Assembly (NCBI GenBank): GCA_038046345.1
Contig: JBBSWJ010000031.1
Span: 1-29,398, forward strand
Length of the DNA stretch: 29,398 bases
Reading direction: 5' to 3'
Origin: Nanobdellota archaeon
GTDB taxonomy: Archaea; Nanobdellota; Nanobdellia; SCGC-AAA011-G17; JACPNG01
Below, one piece after another: positions 25,476 through 29,398 of this stretch. The translations under genes were made by a program, and so were the position numbers. Under the pieces are notes generated by a model. That model saw only the letters and a program-made list of their open reading frames with translations, had not been told where the DNA came from and ran no database searches. Position 1 is the first letter of the stretch. Every line of letters begins with the position of its first letter.

Positions 25476-28400
25476 ATGAGTAAAAAAAGGGCATTTTTGT
25501 TAGTGATTATTGCTTTAGTCATTCTGCCTTACCTTGTTTATGCAGGTAACCCCTGTGTTGCCCCTCAAGCGCCTATGAATATTAATGATTCTACAACATT
25601 TTGTTCTGGCACTTATACGCTTACTTCAGGAGATGCTGATAGTAATATCTTTAATGTTACAAATAGTTCAATTAGAATTGACTGCAATGCCTCAGTGATT
25701 ATTGGAGATTCGGAAGATGCATTGTTTAATATCTATCCTGGTGATATAAACAACCAGTTTTCTAACATTACAATAACAAATGGTTGTAATTTTCAGGGTT
25801 TTACTATTGGGATATTAGTTAATCATACCAATAATTCTTATTTTACGGATATTGTTTTTAATATGACTGAGACTAATGCTATTAATGTTTATGAATCCTT
25901 TTACAATACGTATGGAAATCTATCTATAATAAATACTACAGTTGGGAAAAATATGTTGCTTATTGGTAATGGCAGTCATTCAATATTTCATAACATCACA
26001 CTTAATTATGCTGCTGGGGATACTGCTTCAAGTCGTGGTTTTAGATTTTCAGAAAATACAACAAATGTTTCTATCATATCTGCATTTGTTAATTCAAGTG
26101 CTGGTCTTGCAAGTATTATTGAAACAAATGACGCATTCTTATTCAACAGCTTAATTATTAATAACACTTTTTGGTCTAGCAATGGTGCCGGTATTGCTGT
26201 TAGACTTGAAGGTGTTAACATAACTATAGATGGTAACAGATTTGAGAATGGTACAACTTTGCAAGCAGATCGAAGTAACCCTGATGTTAATAATGTTATA
26301 GCTGATAATTGGGTAATAAAACATAATATTTTTAATGGTACATCTCGTGGAGATGGTGGTGCTGTAGAGATTGTAGGTAATAATGTCTCTATAATTAATA
26401 ATACTTTTACAAACATTCGTCCTTCTGGTGGTAGTAATGGTTTCGCAATCATGTTATTGTTCGTGAATGGTTCAATAATTGCAAATAATACAATTAAAAA
26501 TGCTACAGATGGTATTGCTGTTGCCGGGAAGAGTGGAACATTCAATGGTAATTCGTCTAATTCAAATGTTACCATTAGCGGGAATTTTATTGATAACATC
26601 TCACGTTATGGTATCACCGTTGGCGGCATAAATATTTCAGTATTAAATAATTCTATAAATAATGTGGATACATCGGGGATTTATGCTGTTACTTTTAATG
26701 AATCAATACTTGCAAATAACACTATTACTTATTCAATTACTGGAATAACTATTGGTGAATCTGCAAATTTTACTTTTGTTGATAACAATATTACTCATGG
26801 TAGCTTTGGTATCGATGCAAATTCAGGATTTTTTAATTTTTATGCACGAAGGAACAGTTTGATTAATCTTTCAATATCAGGCATGAGGTTTGATGGTCCA
26901 GATGCGTTTACAAATATAACTTTGATCGGTAATGTTATAAAAAATAGTTCACTTTACGGTATCTTATTCTCAAATGTATCAGACAGCTTATTGGACATGA
27001 ACATTATAGAAACTGGTGTGGGTGCTGACAGTGCTGGAATTATTTTTAAGGATTCAAGTAACAACTCTCTTATCAATAATTCCATCTTAAGATTTCCAAA
27101 TGGGTTTTTGGTAAATGACACTTCTATTAACAACACATTTACAAACAACACATTTACAAACAACACACTTGACGTAAACTCTTCAGGTAATGGGCTGGCA
27201 AGCACTTATGTGGTTAATTCAACCGATGTTAGGATAAACTCTTCTGCTGGTATTATTTATGTACAGTGGTTTGCCATGGTAAATATTACCCTTGATAATG
27301 GTTCAGTGGGGGCAAATCTTGGTATTAATATATCTAATACTTCTCTTGCTGGTGTTTCTAATGGTTCTACTGGTGTTGCTGGTACAACTGACGTGTTTAC
27401 TTTAACTGAATATTATGATCGGTCAAGTGGTAGAACGTATGAAACTAATTTTACTGCTAATGCTACTAATAATACTATTGTGGGTGGGATAAGGTTTAAC
27501 TTAACTGGTAGTACTCCTGTAATTCAAGTACTTCTTGATCTTCCTCCTTTAGTCCCAAAATTAGATACTCCGGGTAATAATACGGTATATCGTAAGGGAG
27601 CTATTACTGCTCTTTTGAATTGGTCAAATACAACGGATCCTGATAGTGCTCTTCATTATGTGGTAGAAGTCTCTACAGATAAAGCGTTCTCTACTTTTAC
27701 ATATGTAAATGATACTGTGATTGAATCATCTAATACTACCGGTGTTGAAACAGGCGTCCTTTCTTTTAACACTTATTATTGGCGTGTTCTTGCAAGTGAT
27801 AATAAAACTAATTCCAGTTATTCAGCAATACGCACGTTTACGGTAGATGTTTCAGAAACTAGTGGTGGTGGTTCCGATGGTAGTAGTGGTAGTTCTGGCG
27901 GCAGTTCAGGTAGTTCTAATGATAATGCTGAACTTGATGAAACAGCAGTTGGTTTATTATTCCCCCCACTTAGTTCAATATTTGGTAGGGCTAGCACCGG
28001 AGCAGTTGGGGCAGTTATTGACTTTAATGTTAATGATGGTAACTATGTAGTTAAGTTTCTTGATGTAAAAAAAGATTTAGTAATTTTAGATATTCTTGGA
28101 ATGATTATAAAGCTTAAGCTTAGAGAGAGAAGGTCTATAGATTTGGATAATGATGGTATACGTGATATCAGGCTTCAATTAAAAGGTATCTCCAATGGTA
28201 TTGCTTCAGTTAGTATAAACGCGGTTGGTTCAGCCCCTTCGAGTTACAATTCATTGAATCTGCGTACTTTTGATGGTTATTCTGTACAGTCTGGTGGAAA
28301 GCTGACTGAACAGCAAATTATTAATTGTTTTAACGCGCAGGGATTAAGCGCAGGCGAGGTATTAAATTTAGAATTTTTGTTAAAACTTGACCCTTGCCAA

Positions 28401-28760
28401 AAAGCTTATACTAAACAAGAAGTTTCTACTGAACTAAAATGTGGTGGTGTTGAGGCAATTATTGGCGGCAAAGCTCGTTTGAACTTGGTTTTGGATGGGC
28501 TTGTCCCAACATTATCATTAAATTTTGATCCTGATATTGTAGGTTCGACTGAGTTTTGTTCTTGGTGTTTTAATAATAAGAAAGATCATGATGAAACGGG
28601 CGTAGACTGCGGTGGCGCTTCATGTGCTTCTTGTGATGAATCAGTTACAATCATAACTCCTGATAATGATGTTGATTATCCAAAAATAATTTTGTTTATT
28701 ATCTCAATTTTGATTGTGTTTATTTTGAGTAGTTATTTACCTAAGTTAATCAAGCGTTAA
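25476..28760 (+). CDS. Large membrane-anchored surface glycoprotein: parallel beta-helix (NosD/CASH-like), FN3-like domain, G/S linker, Cys-rich motif, C-terminal TM
   Basis: Signal peptide; repeated I..NN.I..N beta-helix rungs; LNWSNTTDPD..YYWRVLASD; DLDNDGIRD; CFNNKKDHDETGVDCGGASCASC; TM helix. SD GGGTGA at 25466-25471. Confidence 0.85.
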   Translation: MSKKRAFLLVIIALVILPYLVYAGNPCVAPQAPMNINDSTTFCSGTYTLTSGDADSNIFNVTNSSIRIDCNASVIIGDSEDALFNIYPGDINNQFSNITITNGCNFQGFTIGILVNHTNNSYFTDIVFNMTETNAINVYESFYNTYGNLSIINTTVGKNMLLIGNGSHSIFHNITLNYAAGDTASSRGFRFSENTTNVSIISAFVNSSAGLASIIETNDAFLFNSLIINNTFWSSNGAGIAVRLEGVNITIDGNRFENGTTLQADRSNPDVNNVIADNWVIKHNIFNGTSRGDGGAVEIVGNNVSIINNTFTNIRPSGGSNGFAIMLLFVNGSIIANNTIKNATDGIAVAGKSGTFNGNSSNSNVTISGNFIDNISRYGITVGGINISVLNNSINNVDTSGIYAVTFNESILANNTITYSITGITIGESANFTFVDNNITHGSFGIDANSGFFNFYARRNSLINLSISGMRFDGPDAFTNITLIGNVIKNSSLYGILFSNVSDSLLDMNIIETGVGADSAGIIFKDSSNNSLINNSILRFPNGFLVNDTSINNTFTNNTFTNNTLDVNSSGNGLASTYVVNSTDVRINSSAGIIYVQWFAMVNITLDNGSVGANLGINISNTSLAGVSNGSTGVAGTTDVFTLTEYYDRSSGRTYETNFTANATNNTIVGGIRFNLTGSTPVIQVLLDLPPLVPKLDTPGNNTVYRKGAITALLNWSNTTDPDSALHYVVEVSTDKAFSTFTYVNDTVIESSNTTGVETGVLSFNTYYWRVLASDNKTNSSYSAIRTFTVDVSETSGGGSDGSSGSSGGSSGSSNDNAELDETAVGLLFPPLSSIFGRASTGAVGAVIDFNVNDGNYVVKFLDVKKDLVILDILGMIIKLKLRERRSIDLDNDGIRDIRLQLKGISNGIASVSINAVGSAPSSYNSLNLRTFDGYSVQSGGKLTEQQIINCFNAQGLSAGEVLNLEFLLKLDPCQKAYTKQEVSTELKCGGVEAIIGGKARLNLVLDGLVPTLSLNFDPDIVGSTEFCSWCFNNKKDHDETGVDCGGASCASCDESVTIITPDNDVDYPKIILFIISILIVFILSSYLPKLIKR
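27129..27167 (+). repeat. Perfect 15-nt tandem repeat (2.6 copies) inside the CDS
   Basis: AACAACACATTTACA twice plus AACAACACA, encoding NNTFT-NNTFT-NNT. Confidence 0.85.
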
Positions 28761-28900
28761 GCTTTACCCATACAATAGTCGCATCCAGGATCACAGACGA
28801 TTCCTTTAAGCTTTTTATCTTCATGGTCTCTCCAATTAAAACCGCCATGTGCGTCATAGACTGTAGCTTCAATATTCTTTTTGCCATACAATGTTGCCAT
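28757..28900 (-). CDS. 47-aa Cys/His metal-binding-like peptide (not in the ORF track)
   Basis: MATLYGKKNIEATVYDAHGGFNWRDHEDKKLKGIVCDPGCDYCMGKA*. ATTAAATA lies about 22 nt upstream, and the stop interlocks (TTAA) with the stop of the convergent gene. Confidence 0.6.
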   Translation of the reverse strand: MATLYGKKNIEATVYDAHGGFNWRDHEDKKLKGIVCDPGCDYCMGKA

Positions 28901-28986
28901 GTTTATGCCAGTTTTTACTAGTATTTAATCTTACCGGGCTGTAAATTATAAATAGTTTAGAATTTAAAATAAAACTCGCTCTGTTC

Positions 28987-29397
28987 TTACAGCAATTTCT
29001 TTATCTCAAACACAAATTCTTTAGCCCGTTCCAAAGAAGTAATGGCTTTTCCTCTCTTTGCCTGCTCATCCATTTGGTATTGGAATTTTGATCGTTTTTC
29101 TCGTTCTTCATCGAGTGATTTCAATAAAGCATCTGTTCGCTGTGATATTAATTCCAGTGCGTCTGCCTGAACATTCTCATATTCTTCCAAGAAGTTTTTC
29201 TTGAGTTTATTTCTGGCAAAAACAATAATCGCATCAGCAGTCACTTTGTGGCTAACTTTGTCTCCTACTTTATAGCCTAATTTTAAGAGTACAGCATTAG
29301 CAATGTAATACATTGAATAATAAGAGGCGACAATTACCCATAAGTAAGGGTGATAATCATTAGTTTCCAACGCAAGAAGTTTCTTAGCTGTTTCCAG
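28987..29397 (-). CDS. HEPN-domain protein (COG1895/UPF0332-like), 5'-partial
   Basis: SYYSMYYIANAVL, VSHKVT, REKRSKFQY and ERAKEFV. The frame is open to the window end (LETAKKLLAL...). Confidence 0.85.
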   Translation of the reverse strand: METAKKLLALETNDYHPYLWVIVASYYSMYYIANAVLLKLGYKVGDKVSHKVTADAIIVFARNKLKKNFLEEYENVQADALELISQRTDALLKSLDEEREKRSKFQYQMDEQAKRGKAITSLERAKEFVFEIKKLL

Positions 29398-29398
29398 T

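Noticed and set aside
27860-27920. GGT/AGT-rich low-complexity tract as a repeat element
   Set aside because: It simply encodes the Gly/Ser linker of the surface protein.
1806-28050. The many short alternative-frame or antisense ORFs in the track (e.g. 1806-2111, 3165-3461, 11960-12331, 17262-17555, 21678-22100, 26006-26599)
   Set aside because: They lie wholly within or opposite well-supported genes and have shadow-ORF composition with no motifs or expression signals.
1-29398. CRISPR array, tRNA, rRNA, transposase or integrase
   Set aside because: I saw no regularly spaced 25-40-nt repeats, no T-loop GTTCRA cloverleaf, no rRNA-like GC-rich tract and no DDE, HUH or tyrosine-recombinase motifs.
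1-29398. Stop-codon reassignment
   Set aside because: Conserved genes are full length under code 11, and TGA (1677-1679, 16454-16456), TAG (19375-19377) and TAA all act as stops at coupled gene junctions.

Overview
AT-rich, very gene-dense archaeal chromosomal segment. Archaeal markers include rpl15e, rpl40e, eIF5A, archaeal-type ProRS, Cdc6/Orc1 and a MiaB-like methylthiotransferase. The style (leaderless TATA promoters, GGGTGA/GAGGTGA Shine-Dalgarno sites, large sequon-rich surface proteins, wHTH-MNT/HEPN pairs) suggests a DPANN, Woesearchaeota-like organism; this taxonomy is inference. The window holds a surface-glycan locus (192-6115), housekeeping genes, several secreted or membrane-anchored surface proteins and three toxin-antitoxin-type loci (truncated PIN at the start, wHTH-MNT + HEPN in the middle, partial HEPN at the end). 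I found no tRNA, rRNA, CRISPR array, transposase or integrase. Four small ORFs missing from the supplied track look real: rpl40e, a 26-aa protamine-like peptide, a 36-aa acidic peptide downstream of cdc6, and a 47-aa CxxxCxxC peptide. The best novelty candidates are a ~134-nt structured RNA-like element plus phased palindromic operators directly upstream of the MNT-HEPN pair, the protamine-like micro-ORF, and a frameshifted gene with an in-frame A AAT TTA slippery heptamer that belongs to a tandem paralog pair. All family calls come from motif recognition by eye; no database searches were run.
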